Positions 24,060 to 37,809 of a stretch of DNA of 64,000 nt are shown one piece after another (positions within the stretch are counted from its first letter, which is position 1; every line of letters begins with the position of its first letter). The notes under the pieces are model-generated. The model did not search any database, was not told where the DNA came from, and saw only the letters and a program-made list of their open reading frames with translations. The stretch is from Octopus sinensis (lineage: Eukaryota). The position numbers were made by a program, and so were the translations under genes. The stretch lies in contig NC_043000.1 of the NCBI RefSeq assembly GCF_006345805.1, positions 78,678,001 to 78,742,000 on the forward strand. Reading direction: 5' to 3'.

Positions 24060-24340
24060 TTATGTCAAGTAACTCTAAGATTAAAAATTCTATATACCAG
24101 TGTATAATCAGTACTCGTAATAAAGTACGATTTTACATTGGAAGCACATCGTTAGAGTTATCTAAAAGAATTTCTATCCATTACTCAACATTTAGGGATA
24201 GAAATAAACGGAATAGTACCGGTCTCAGCAAACTGATTTGGGATTTAAAAGACCACAATGAACAATTTCATTTAGAATGGTTGATTCTCTCAATTTCGAT
24301 ACCATATGACAAAGGCAAGAAATTCTGTCTTTTCTGCGTT
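24060..24340 (+). mobile_element. Penelope-like GIY-YIG fragment
   Basis: IYQCII...FYIGST...RISIHYSTF...NSTGLSKLIWDLKD...EWLILS...CLFC. Confidence 0.78.
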
Positions 24341-24502
24341 AACTTCATTTTTTATTCATATTATTCAAAATATTCAACGTAAACACGAAGTTTCTACCTT
24401 TATAAACAAGGAGTTACAACACCTTTACTTGTGAGATTTTTGCTGCTCTGGTAACTATTTATTTATTTTTTCCGTGTTAATTGTTAACAAGGTAAAAATA
24501 CA

Positions 24503-24540
<38 letters not shown>

Positions 24541-24543
<3 letters not shown>

Positions 24544-24780
24544 GGGTTGGACAAAATAATGGAAACACCTAGCATCATAGCATCATAATTTTGATATATC
24601 TTTAAAACCGTCAAAATCTTGTTTATTTTTATGATTTTTAATTTACTATTAGTGTTGCTTAATATGTTTGCTAAAATTGCTGTTTCTTTTCAGATATCAC
24701 TGGAAAAAGGTAATTAAAATTCAAAGAGGTCAAAAACAAGGAGTCGATATCCTCCACCATCATCACTACAAGAACCGGAG
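24541..24780 (+). mobile_element. Left end of a Tc1-like element (truncated)
   Basis: TA|caggggttggacaaaataatggaaacacct resembles a Tc1 terminus; no partner TIR seen. Confidence 0.55.
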
Positions 24781-24789
24781 ACTGTTTTA

Positions 24790-24923
24790 GCTAAGAATGG
24801 AAAAGTTCGTTTGGAAACAATTTAAAATTTGTACGAGTTCATACCTCAAATTCAGTCTTACCGCATATTAAAATAAATTTGTTTGAAATTTTGAAGTGTT
24901 TCCAATATTCTGCGCAACTCTCG
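24790..24923. mobile_element. Mariner-like terminal fragment
   Basis: Ends in ...gcgcaactctcg|TA, the reverse complement of a TA|CGAG mariner-type end. Confidence 0.4.
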
Positions 24924-24956
<33 letters not shown>

Positions 24957-25504
24957 ATGTATGTATGTATGTATGTATGTATGTATGTATGTATGTATGT
25001 ATGTATGTATGTGTGTGTGTGTTTGTGTGTGTGTTTGTGTGTGTTTGTGTGTGTGTGTGTGTGTGAAAACAGTTCAATTTGAATTCGGTAGTACTTCAAG
25101 TTTCAACGGTGATGTTAACCTTCAGCCATTTTGAATTTGAATGGAAGAAGTTGGTTGTTCAAAATGGCTAAAGAGTAGTATCACGCTTGAAACTCAGAGT
25201 ACCAACGTATTTGAACTCCCAATAAATTTGTTGAATGCCCTTCTTTCGTTTGTCCATCATTCGTATATATATATATATAATATAAATTAGACATGGGCGA
25301 TCTTTGTATTCTTTCTTTTCTTGAAGTTCACAGCTAAACGGCTGGGTGGATTCGCATGAAAAATGGCACACATGTGGAGACGGGTTCATAGATTGAAATG
25401 CGGTTTGTATTTTTACCATAGCGCCCATAGTTACAGAGAAAATTGATTAAAACTTTTCTAATGGAATTCCCCGCCATTAAAACAACCAGTTGCTCAAACA
25501 GCCG

Positions 25505-25742
25505 GCATATACCTATTTATTTATTTATTACCCACAAGGGGCTAAACATAGAGTGAACAAACAAGGACAGACATAGGTATTAAGTCGATTACATCGACCC
25601 CAGTGCGTAACTGGTACTTATTTAATCGACCCCGAAAAGATGAAAGGCAAAGTTGACCTCGGCGGAATTTGAACTCAGAACGCAACGGCAGACGAAATAC
25701 GGCTACGCATTTCGCCCGGCGTACTAACGATTCTGCCAGGAT
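25505..25742 (-). mobile_element. tRNA-derived SINE (cephalopod-type), family 1
   Basis: Minus strand: ggcagaatcgttag (A-box-like)...gagttcaaattcc (B box). A homologous head lies at 36337-36455. Confidence 0.8.
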
Positions 25743-26229
25743 GACAGTCAACCAAAGCCATTCATACATACATATATACATACATACATACATACATACA
25801 TAACCTCTCTCTCCTTTTCTCTGTCAGTCACTCACACATTCACTCACTACAAAAAGAGAATGACAAAATTTCAGTTAACTCTCTCTCGGCCACACATAGA
25901 TACATACATCTATGTATACATACATACATACATACATATATACATACATACATACATAACAACCTGCTTGCGTGTGTGTGTCACTGAAGCCATTCATACA
26001 TACATACATACATACATACATAGATATATGCATACATACATAAATTCTCTCTCTCTCATGCTTTTTCTCTGTCAATCACTCACACATTCACTCACTACAA
26101 AAAGTAAATAAAAATTTCCTTTATCTCTTTCTCCCTCTCTCATATACACACACACCACACATTCTGCCTCGCATACCCCATTAAACACACACACACACAC
26201 GCACACACTCTCTCTGTCTCTCTCTCTCA

Positions 26230-26745
26230 CACACACACACGCATGCACGCACATCAATTCTTCCGCTTCACGCCAACTTCAAAACAACTTCACTCACACA
26301 ATCACGCTCTCTCTGTCTCTTTCGCTTTCACGCCGACTTCAAAAGATCCCCTTTCTCCCCTACCCCATATTAAAAAAATAAAAATTTTACGGAAACCAAC
26401 TATCATCTTCAAAAATGTAAATAAACACACGTGGTTTATAAGTGGTTTGTAAGTGACAGTCGTGTGTTCCCATATCGAAAGATCGTCCAATGTTTTAATG
26501 ATTAGACACAGGTCCAATAGAATCGCTCTCAGAAACAGACTACGTACAAATTCGTTCTTCACAAATCCTGAAGCTGTTTTCTGAACAGGCGGGGCCAGGA
26601 AATTTTCATATAGCTGGAAGCTCCAATCAAAACAGGGGACCCGAAGTGATAAGGTTGAGAAACACTGTTATAGATTATGCCTAACCGAAAACAATCACAG
26701 TCACATCATCCGAACAGACCGGGTGAAATCGGGCTTAGCTGCTAG
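26230..26745 (+). mobile_element. Non-autonomous Helitron, 3' portion
   Basis: GC hairpin ccgggtgaaatcggg (26719-26733) followed by CTAG|T at 26742-26746. The 5' limit is approximate. Confidence 0.6.
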
Positions 26746-26884
26746 TATATATATATATACTCTCAAAGACACAGACACGCACAGACATAATGTCTTGATA
26801 ATTTAAAGTAAATTGTAATAACACACTGTTTGCTAAATTTAACTGTAGGGCATTCATACATGTAGGGCAACATAATTTACTTAC

Positions 26885-26942
26885 AGTTGTAGCTGTTCAC
26901 AAATGAAATAGCTAATATTACTAGTAACAGTTGGTACAGCAC
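26885..26942 (-). pseudogene. Exon 1 (signal peptide) of gene copy A; start codon ATG>GTG
   Basis: GTG CTG TAC CAA...TAC AAC T|gtaagt; 53/58 nt identical to 51569-51626; phase-1 donor intact. Confidence 0.9.
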
Positions 26943-27003
26943 GATGGCTAGTTTCCTTCAGCCTCTTGGAGATTGGTGATAGTTGTTTTCTGAAACAAGG
27001 ACA

Positions 27004-27040
27004 AGTTTGACAAACGTCTCAGAAGAACTTTTTATATAAA
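27004..27040 (-). promoter_or_regulatory. TATA box and Inr of gene copy A
   Basis: TATATAAA at about 27031-27038 and TCAAACT at 27004-27010, collinear with copy B. Confidence 0.6.
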
Positions 27041-27899
27041 CCTTAATAAACGTGATCAATTCCATGAATTAAAAAAGAATAAATCATTTACCTAAATTAT
27101 TTACATTCCTTCTATATTTAGAAATAACAAATCATGCCACTAAGATAAACTACTTAAAAATGGGTGGATTTTTCCATGTCATTATCATAATAACTGAAAT
27201 GTTTTACAAATTGATTCAATAATAAATAATGTTAAACTCACATGTTTCTTAATGTGCTCACAAATTGGTTAGCGGTTATAAATTTATTATTGAAGTATAA
27301 AATACCTCTATTGATACTGGAAATGCAAATAACTCCGTTCAGGTTTTCATACAGATCCTGAGAACATTTTTTCGAACTCTCTTCCGGACAGTAAACATTC
27401 ACGCCCAACTCGAAAAGAATAATTTAATTTAGGTTCACATGTGTTTCCACAAGTCAATCGAAGACAACAGTTTCATTTTTAAAGAATGTTGTTTCCGTTT
27501 TATAATTTTTTAACAGGACATATTTACACCAATATCTTCTCATACTAAAATCTAGGATATATTTTCCTTCAGGCAATTTTATATTGTCTACATGATTTGT
27601 ATCGTATACTCTGGTTTCAATCTCTACACCATCCCCAGTCATTTTATAGGTAATCGTTCAATGTTTAAACTGCATGATTACCCAGGAACAAATTCACAAA
27701 TTATTTTAATAAATATTCTGCAAGCTCAGTAATTACATTTTTCTCATTTCTATGAACGCACTGAACCAAGGTCCAATTTTTAATTATCTCATGTACTAAG
27801 ATTATTAACTAAAACTTTTCACTGAAAGTAGCAGGTAAGTTTGTTTATTTGGGTAGTACTTTCAGCCATTTTTGATCCATGGATGTTTAAATATTCAGA

Positions 27900-28330
27900 A
27901 AGTAAGCAACTCTTGCAGAGGAATTTTAGCCTGGAATCTAGTCTCAATATGATTTTATGCGATTAAGAATTTCCCCCGTATTGCATGACTAGTAACTTCA
28001 TTCTTCCTTCATAAGAGACAGATCGTTTACAAGTAATACATGAAAGTACTTAGGGCTTTCATCCTAGATGTTTCAAACATATTCTGAATGTCATCTAGTC
28101 ATTGTAGATTCCAGGCATGGCTAATTTGAGGGGAAACGAAGTCTTGAGTATCGAGACAATGATACTCAAAAACCATTTATGTTGGACGAGAAAACTTTAT
28201 ACGAATGAATGTTCAGTGGATACCGAAACATTATATGGTGATCTTCTTTGGGAGGAAATGCTTTGGCAGAAAACTAGGCTGCAATTTGAAGAATATGAAA
28301 AATTTCGCAAAAGAATGAAGTAGGAAAGAA
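27900..28330 (+). mobile_element. Degenerate RTE-like LINE 3' fragment
   Basis: LRAFH.RCFKHIL...SIETMILKNHLCW...LYGDL resembles the RTE C-terminus. Confidence 0.45.
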
Positions 28331-29024
28331 ATGTTTTTGATTTCCACTAAGAGATAAGAAATGGTGCGAATATATTTGAAAAAGAGCACATTATTTTACA
28401 AAATTTAAGCGAACTGCACATAAACATGAAGTGAATGAATTAAGCTTAATCTGCGATATTTTTTGTTACGTATGCCTTAGGAAGGCGTTAAGTAATCAGT
28501 GATAGTCTTCCACAAACACAACTGGAGAATCATCGTATATACATGTATATATATGTGCGAATGAATATGTGAGTGCATTATGCATATGTGTTCATACTCA
28601 TGCATATACACATACATAACAAACACGTATATTGTATATGTATGCGTATTTAGACATTGAAATATGGATGTATATGTATATATATGTGTGTGTGCGTGTG
28701 TGTGTGTGTGCGCGCGTGCGCGCGTATAATAAGTGTTAAAAAACAAGGTAATGAGTACACATGCACCAGGCGAATTCTGTGTCGAGCTAGATATTGTAGT
28801 TTAGTATACGGTACACAGGTACATGATTGGGTTTACTAGACATTTTTGTTCATCTGTTGTCGAGAGATGTCACCATGGGATAAATAATGTTTCTTGGGGA
28901 TAAATAATGGTAACATTCTTCCCTTTCCTGGGACTGCTACATTAAATTGGCACTAAGGCATCACTTTATCGTTGTTATTGCATAACTCTCTCTGAGAGAT
29001 TTAGATATACAATATTACATATAC

Positions 29025-29165
<141 letters not shown>

Positions 29166-29519
29166 TATGTATGTGTGTGTGTGTGTGTGTATATATGTGT
29201 GTGTGTGTGTAAAATCATTATTTATGAATATGTCAGAGTTGGCTTTCAGTCTCACTCATAACCTGTTCATGATTGTATCATCTAATAATAACAAAAAAAT
29301 TAGATAATTTCTACAGTAATAGAATTATCTAATACAATAATCCTTCTCAACACCAACTTAATCTCCCAAATGTAAATAATAATGTTAACGCCCAAAAATA
29401 CCTTAATGACAGAAGGGAAATAACCATATTAACTACCTTCCTAATAATACTTCGAATATATCTATACATAAAGATGTAAATTAAACCTGCGACTATAAAT
29501 TAAAATTAACTGTAAATTT

Positions 29520-29840
29520 AAAAAATTGTGTATGAAAGTTAACTTAGTCTATCAATGTATAGTTGAATCTCAAGGAAAGAAATTCTATTCTATAGGATCA
29601 ACAGAAAATAGAATTAAGATTAAGGTGGCTAACCATCTATAGAACTTTAAAATAGACAAAAAATTAATTCTACCGGATTAAGTAAGTTCTTATGGGAATT
29701 AAAGGATAATAAGATTGAATTCAATATTAAATGGAAGATTATTAGTTCTAGAAAGTTATGTAAAATCTCCTACAGGAGATGTGAATTGTGTACTGAAGAA
29801 CCCTTTAAATGCTTACATCTAGAAAAAATTTACTTAACTG
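29520..29840 (+). mobile_element. Penelope-like GIY-YIG fragment
   Basis: NLVYQCIVES...IGSTENR...STGLSKFLWELKD...KWKII...CELCTEE, with stops. Confidence 0.75.
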
Positions 29841-31475
29841 TATAATCGTGATATAAGGCAATATTAAACTATATAATATGATATTCATATAATATTCTCT
29901 AGCTATTATCTATTGATATAACAGACTAGCGTTATTGAAAATGTTTCGTAATTATGTCTATAAACACTAACTGATAAAACTATTATTGATTACACCACTT
30001 AGAATACATAACATATTCGACTTTATTACCTCAAATTAACAACTAAAATTCTAACAATATCCTAAACCCTAGTTAATAATGATTATTAATTAATTCACTG
30101 AGATTAACTTAATCACTACGTTTGGAATATATTTCGTAACTATTTCTATTAGCAGTAATTGAGATGACATAACGTAACAAATTCCTATCTATAACTAATA
30201 CAACAGTCTTTTTATATTTATACCTCACTGAATATTTAGAACGTTTATATTACAATTCATAACATTTTCGACCTATTATCTTACGTTAATATTTATTTAA
30301 AACCATAATTAGCAATACTTATCAATTAAATAATATAGATGAACTAAATTCCCATGTATTGATAATATCCCGGAATTCTTTCGTTAAACTACATTTGTGA
30401 TGACACAATGCACAAGATTTAATGTAAACAAATAGTATATATTCATCGCACCGATTATATGGTAGATAAATTCGTATGCTTTATGAAGATATCATTTTAT
30501 GTAAATATACTTAATAGAAAAATTAATTAAACAAATAATATCGAATTGAGGGTTATAATGGGTATATATGTGTATGCTTATATCTCTTATGTACATACTT
30601 ATATGCGTGTATATGCGTTTCTGTGCATTTATGTATACATTTATATATACGCATGTGTATGTATACATGCGTATATATATCGATATATATGTATGTGTGT
30701 GTGTGTAAAAGTGTGTAAGTGTGTATATGTATATGCATTCGATTATTACTGTGAGTCTTTTATTACCATATAATTCCGTGCACGCGCATATATTGAGAAA
30801 TCATTATGATTAAATATTTTCTGGAAACGCTTAACCGCATGTAAACTAATTTAAATTTCTCCCACTGTGTTTTAATTTTTTATTATATATATATATATGT
30901 GTGTGTATATGTATATGAATGTATGTACATTTTTATGTATATCTTTATATATGTATATCTGTGTGTACCTCTTTATCTATATATGTATATTCCATATGTA
31001 TATTCTGTTTTGTCTTATTTTATTTTTGTTCTACTTTTATTTATTTATTTATTTATTTATTAATTTTATTTTTATTTTTATTATCATCTTATTTATTTTA
31101 AATTTTTATATTTTTATTTTTATTTTTATTGTATTTTACTTTTTATTTTATTATATACTACATTATTAATTTTACTTTATTTTTTATCATATTCAAGTTA
31201 ATCAATTAACCCTCTCGCACACACAAAAATAAAAATAACTCCATATATTTAGTCTGCTGGTATGAACTAAGAGGTCTACATATAATCCTTTAATATATAT
31301 CTTTTTCCCTGATGATATTTTGCTAATATCTTATAAATGCAAATTTAAAGCTTAAATTTGTAATTTATTTAATGAGCACAAAAGGCAACAGCTGTAGGAA
31401 GTAAGAATTATAAATTTATTAATAAATAATTATTAACTTTCAACTCTCCATTTCTCTTCTGTTAATTGAATACGG

Positions 31476-31553
<78 letters not shown>

Positions 31554-31599
31554 TATATATATATATATATATATATAATGGTTGGACAAGGTTACGAAA

Positions 31600-32560
31600 G
31601 TTACAGAGAAGGTCATAGCTTAACTAGTTACAAAGAAAGCTAGTCTACATGAGATTATTTGTCAGAGAGAAACACAACTGATGGTATATTCCTGGTTAGG
31701 CAGCTACAGGAGAAGTACTTAGCCAAAAATAAACCTCAGTACATGGCTTTTGTTGACATGGAAAATACTTGAAAAGGGTTCCCTGCTCCCTTGTCTGGTG
31801 GTCAATATGGAATCTAGGGACAAATGAGTGGTTATTGAGAGTTGTTCAAGCCATGCACAGGGATGCTGTCAGTAAGGGGAAAATCAGCAACGAGTATCAC
31901 AATGAATTCAGTGCATAGGTAGGACTTCACCAAGGATCGGTTTTCAGTCTCTCTTGTTCATCATAGTCCTTAAGGCCGTCACAGAGGAATTCAAGGCGGG
32001 CTGCTTTTGGGAGCCCCTCTATGATGATGACCTTGTTCTTATAGCTGAATCACAACTAGAAGGCTAGGTTTGGAGTCAAAGGACCTTAGGGTTAATTTAG
32101 CAAAGACCAAATTCTTATTAAGTGGGAAAACAAAACAAATCACAAATCCTTGGAGGGACATGGCCCTGACTGATTTGTAGAAAAGGTGTCGGTAGAAATT
32201 TCATAAGGTGTACCGGGTTCAAGCTATAGGCACATAAGAGGTGTAGCAATATCAGAGGAAGGTCAACAGAGAAAGTGATCTTTTTGTGGGTACAATAAAC
32301 ACTAGGAATTTACTGAAAATAGACCTCGTCAAATATCCGGCGAGATGCATAGTAATAGTAGATAGCTTCCATTACCTAGGTGGCCTAACCAGCAGCGGAG
32401 GAGGATGCACTGAGAGTGTAGCTTCTAGAATACGAATGGGCTGGGCAAAGTTCAGAGAGCTTCTACTTTTGTTGGTAACAAAAGACCTCTCCTTCAGAGT
32501 GAAAGGCAGATTGTATGATACCTGTCTGCTAACAGCCATTGCTACATGGCAATTAAGCAA
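31600..32560 (+). mobile_element. RTE-clade LINE RT fragment
   Basis: TTDGIFLVRQLQEKYLAKNKP.YMAFVDME, HQGS, DDLVLI, GWAKFRELL...KGRLYDTC. Confidence 0.82.
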
Positions 32561-32576
32561 GAGCTCATTAAATAGA

Positions 32577-32668
<92 letters not shown>

Positions 32669-33225
32669 CAGTGTACCCCTACTTATTCGCGGTTCGCCAT
32701 TCGCGGTCTCGGTTATTCGCGGAACTGATAACTGTTCGCGGAAACCACCGCATATTCGTGGAATCGTAAATATCGTCTGTGATTTTTACTGGCTTTTTTC
32801 TGGCAATATATATTTTTTACACATTTAAGGCAAAATTATTAATAACAATATGCCGTATTTCCCGGCTTACTGGACGCCCCTTCGCAGCTGAAGCTTCCTC
32901 TGATTAGAGTAGCCGCGCATCACGTCGCTTGATTTTTTCTAGATACAAGTACACTGTATCTTGTGTCTCTTATTTCTGCTTTCAATCAAATCTTGCTAAA
33001 TTAGCTAGCGATGACAAATTAAAGATATATGCAACACGAGACTGAACGTTAATACCAGCGCTTTTCTTTTAAATCATCGCTACATTTGATCATACACATG
33101 GTTTATTTCATCAGGATAATTTTTAAGATCATGAGCCAATATAGCCTCATTGAAATTAAATTACTTGCTGGTCCCTCCTTGTCTTTCTCTCTCTCTCTCT
33201 CTCTCTTCTTCTTCTTCTTCTTCTT

Positions 33226-33256
<31 letters not shown>

Positions 33257-33837
33257 TTATTATTATTATTATTATTATCATTATTAGTGAGTGAGAGAGC
33301 AGCTCATGCCATCAAAGTGACACTGGGGTAAAATATACGAAGCCCAATATACCCATCATGACTACCCGTCTGATAAGGGTACACCAGGCACATGCATCAC
33401 AACCAAATGTGCGCGACATGGTGATCTCATATCAAGATAAACAGCACATGACCTTGCAGGTGGGGCCCAGTTAGAATTTTCTTCAGGTTGAGTAGCCCAT
33501 CCCGCTCAAAAGGTCCCTGAATAAGGGTTGTTTAAGGATGTTGAAAGAACCACCCATTTTTCCAGAGGTGAATTATTCAAACCCCAAAGAATCCCTCTCA
33601 ACACATGGCTATGATGCTCCCCCACTACTTCTGCTCGTGATCAGAGATGCACATATCATCAGCCACTAAGGGACATGCTCAACTGGTTAAAGTCAAACAA
33701 CTGACAAGCAAATCTGTGGTATTGAGCAGAATATTTGCTGTAGCCCATCTTTTATACCAAGACAAAACAATGTACATGATAACACTTCCAATCAGTTAAG
33801 ATCAGAAGCCATGAGAGCCACTGCCTGGTACTGCATC

Positions 33838-33880
<43 letters not shown>

Positions 33881-35830
33881 TAGTATACATTATTGTATCT
33901 AGTGGTAATACAAACAAAATTTTTCGAAACCATGAATAATTCTAATATGCTCTCAATCTCCTATTGGTGGTATCCGCACATTAGACGAAAAGAAGTTATT
34001 TTTGTAGGTTTTCTTTTAGAAATACTGCGCCTATAAGCTATTTTGTTGAATGCTGTGTTTTTGCGGCGTGTTATTAAAGCCTTAAGATGCCACCCAAACG
34101 CCCTACACCTAAGTACCAGGAAAAGGTTATGACACTGCATGAGAAAGCATAACTGTTGGATATGTTCCTGGAAGCTAAAAGTTATGCTGCAGTAGGTCGC
34201 TATTATGTTGTCAACGAAAACACCACGCGCTACATAAAGAAGAGCGAGGTGACGATCAGGACTACCGTAACAGTAAGTTTCTGTGAACATGCCAAAAAGA
34301 TAGCGATAGTGAGAAATAAGCACTTTGAAATTGTAGATCAGTGACCGCTAGAAGAAAAAAATCCATTGAGCAGTAACATCATCCGCGAGAAAGCGCGGAA
34401 ATTATGCCAGCAGTTCGACAGAGGAGACGGCGCAGAAGACATCGAAGAATCGCCACCAAGGCCATTGACAGCACCGGAGCCCGAAGATTTTCAAACCAGC
34501 AATGGGTGTTTTGACTGTTTCCAGAAGCGGTTTAAAATAAAGTGTGCTTCTCGGCATGGAGAGACAGCACCAGCTGATAAAGAGGTCGCCGAGAAGTACC
34601 TTGAAACCTTCAGGTAGATCATCGAGCACAAGGGAAACAAGCCAGACGAGACTGGCTTGTTTTGGAAGAAGATGCCTTCCAGAACGTACATCATGAAGAA
34701 CAAAGCTAGAGCCCCAAGATTTAAGGCACAGAGGGACAGAGTGTTGCTAATTATGTGAGGCAATGATGCTAGCTTCATTATGTAACCAGGATTTATCTAC
34801 TAATCCGCGAAACCGAGGGTCTCCAAAATAAGAATAAAAACCTGCCACCTGTCCACTGGATGCACAACCCCAAGGCCTGGATTACCAAAAGTCTAACTTT
34901 GAATTGGTTCCACCAATACTTCATCACTCAAGCCAAGGAATACCTCCAAAACATATGCATGGACTTCAAGGTGTTGCTTGTTATAGATAATACTGGTGGT
35001 CACTCTTTGGATTTAAATCACGAGGTAGACCAAGTGGAGTTCATCCCTGCCAACATCACCTCCCACATCCAGCCTATGGATCAAGGCGTGATCCGTGCCT
35101 TGAAGTCACGTTACACGCGGTGCTCTCTCCAACACCTTGTGGACGCGATGGATTCGGACGAGAATTTCAAATTAAAGGACTACTGGCATAACTTGACGAT
35201 CGCAACGTGCCTGTCAGCCATCTACGCTGCTCTTAAAGACATGAAAAAAGAAACCCTCATCGCATGTTAAAAGAAGGTGTGGCCAGAGTGTGTCCAGGAC
35301 TACGAGCGCTTCTCACCTGAAGATATTCAACACGACGCTGTCAATAATGCGGGGAAACTGGCAAAGGTACTTGTTGGCGAAGGTTTTGACATCACGCAAG
35401 ATGCCCACTCTGAAACTCTGATAGACGAAGATTTGTTGGAGTTAACGAAGTCTGGCAGCGAAGGGGAGGAGGAAGCGCCAGATCCAGAGGAAGAGAAGGA
35501 TGAGGTGGGCCTGGTGATCGAACATCTGTCCGTCCTTTTGAAGACAGTAAAGGAATTGCAAGTGAAGGCGGAAGCATGGGCTCCCTGTATGATTCGGTCT
35601 CTACAATTTAAAAATGCTATCGATGCTGCCAAGCAGATATATAAAACTCTCCTCACCACCATGAAGAAACAACGACAGAAACCTCTCATTACAATGTTCC
35701 GCAAGCCCACCAAGAAAGCCTTGCACGAAAATATGACATTCTCTAAAAGACATGAAGAAGAGGCGTCACCTGAAGTTCTTAAAATGTTCTTTGCTGTGCA
35801 GATATTACCTTTATTATTTTCATCATGATC
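32669..35830 (+). mobile_element. Tigger/pogo (CENP-B-like DDE) transposon, decayed; right TIR not found
   Basis: TA|cagtgtacccc left end. Transposase from ATG 34087: HTH (KVMTLHEKA.LLDM), DETGLFWKKMPSRTYI, VLLVIDN..GH and IQPMDQGVI. Confidence 0.88.
33290..33838 (-). repeat. Interspersed repeat (likely retroposon 3' fragment) flanked by (AAT)n on both sides
   Basis: Higher-GC block bounded by (TTA)n/(ATT)n runs and nested in the Tigger element. It resembles a high-copy octopus repeat I recall; not verified. Confidence 0.5.
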
Positions 35831-36336
35831 GTCTTAAATCAACAAAATTTATTATCGGTGAGTAACCGCATATTTTACTTTATTTGTTATTAACTTATTA
35901 TTAAATATTATATATATATCAATCAACCACGGTAGAGGTTGAATATATTCTCAAGTCCACCATGTCATCAACCGCAGCAGATTTCAAGCTTCACCACTAA
36001 TTCAGTTTCCAATTATATTGCAAACTGTTGATAGTTTTGGCATAAATAGTTTGAGATTTGGTTCAATAGAAAAAAGTTATATAAAAATACGTGAGACCTC
36101 AAAGTGGGCAGTAAGGCAGGTATTCATCTTCAATTAACATAATTTTTTAAATTTAAAAATAAAAGTATACTTTTCTTAGGCTTAAATGATAGAAAAATGC
36201 ATGAGAAACTGAGAATCGTTAGTCGCATTGAACAAAAATTAGTAGAAACAGAGTTATGAGGTAAAATTTCATGAAATGTGAAATAAGTGAGGAAGTTAGT
36301 AAGGGACTAATGCCCCAAGCAATAAGAATATATTCT

Positions 36337-36455
36337 GGTAAAAACGTTAGCGCGCCGGGCAAAATGCTTATCGGTATTTCGTTTGTCTTTATGTTCTGAA
36401 TTCAAATTCCGTCGAGGTCGACTTTGCCTTTCCTCCATTTCGGATCTATTCAATT
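36337..36455 (+). mobile_element. SINE family 1 head fragment
   Basis: Matches the reverse complement of 25620-25740, including the aattcaaattcc B-box variant. Confidence 0.72.
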
Positions 36456-37499
36456 TGACGCACAGTTTATTTAACTAAATTTCTTTAACTAAACACTTTG
36501 AAACTTTCGATACTGATAGAATGTGTCACATGGAACAGGGTTTACTCTTAACACTTTTGACAAAATTTTGTATTTTAGAAGTTATTTCGTCATAAGTTAC
36601 AGAGTGATAATGAACAAATTCGTGTTTAAGTGCAAATACACGAAACTCTCAGCTTTTGACTTACCCTCTAACTTCTGCTGATGATATATATACATATTAC
36701 ATATGTGTAAAAAATCTCATTACACAATCGAACCAATGAAAGAGCTTCTACCTGGTCGCACGACATGCTAAAAATAGCAGCCAAAGTATCCCCCTACCTA
36801 AATCACAGGCCCATTGTACAAAATGTCCTAGATTATCCCTAAAAAAAGACAGTTTACTGAAGGCTGGAATGTCTTTGAGGATAGATTTGCAGTATCAGGG
36901 TTGATTTGAGGCGAAATAACATTATGGTCAATTTCTATATTAACACCCGCACGATTTTCAGTAAGGAAAAGGAAAACAAAAAATTTGATTTTTTGCGTGA
37001 AATCAAGTACTCTGACCTCCAAATATGCTGCAAATCCCTTATTTTGGTTCGGAATTTTTTTTTTCGTTGAATGAATTCCTGTAAAATTATGTTACTTAAG
37101 GTGAGCCTAGTAACTGATGGTTTTGGGGTCTTGTTATTTGGAACTTTTGGTAAGTCATGGTGCAAGCAGCAACATGGTAAAATCCCTGCCATTAATTTGG
37201 TATGCATGGGTAATATCAATTAATTCAATCACAACATATATTTAAATTAAACAAGAAAAAAATTGAAATATTATCATCACTTACATGGAAAAATTGAAAT
37301 ATTATCTTCCAGTATCTTATAAGGTAAAATCTTGAATTATTAATTAACACATTACTAATCTTATAACAGCAATGCCTGGAAAAATCATGGATTACATGGA
37401 AAAATGTGAGCATAAAAAGTAATATTCTTAAGATTATAAACCTGGAAAAGTACAGGACAAGTTATGATACCTGAAAGATTTTAGGACAAGCTATTACTT

Positions 37500-37803
37500 C
37501 TAGTAAAGTAAAGAATAAGAAACTTTTTACTTAAATTATTGCAGCTAAAATTAAAATTTGAAAAAATTAAAACTTACTTTATTATAGTTTACAAATAACA
37601 CTATATTTATTTAAGTAGAATTCGGCAAATTTACTATCTTAAATGCAGAAAAAAGTGACAAATTAGACAAACTTATAAGTTAGCTGAACATTTTTGTACA
37701 ATAAATTTAAAGATGAGAAATGTAAAGAGTTAAAAATTAGAAGAACTGGCATTCTTTGCTGCAATATTTTAAGTAAAAAGTTTCTTATTCTTTACTTTAC
37801 TAG
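37500..37803. repeat. 46-bp inverted repeat pair around a 212-bp spacer (MITE-like)
   Basis: 37500-37545 vs 37758-37803, one mismatch. Confidence 0.75.
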
Positions 37804-37809
37804 CGAGCT

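Noticed and set aside
27155-27180. Conserved gggtggatt(t/c)tt motif upstream of both copies as an NF-kB site
   Set aside because: It does not fit the consensus well, and copy B lacks the terminal CC.
27454-27642. Similar short ORFs at 27454-27642 and 52078-52302 (MTxxGVEIxTxxYDTNHV)
   Set aside because: The similarity comes from the duplicated upstream DNA; the frames diverge after about 25 codons and I found no splice signals.
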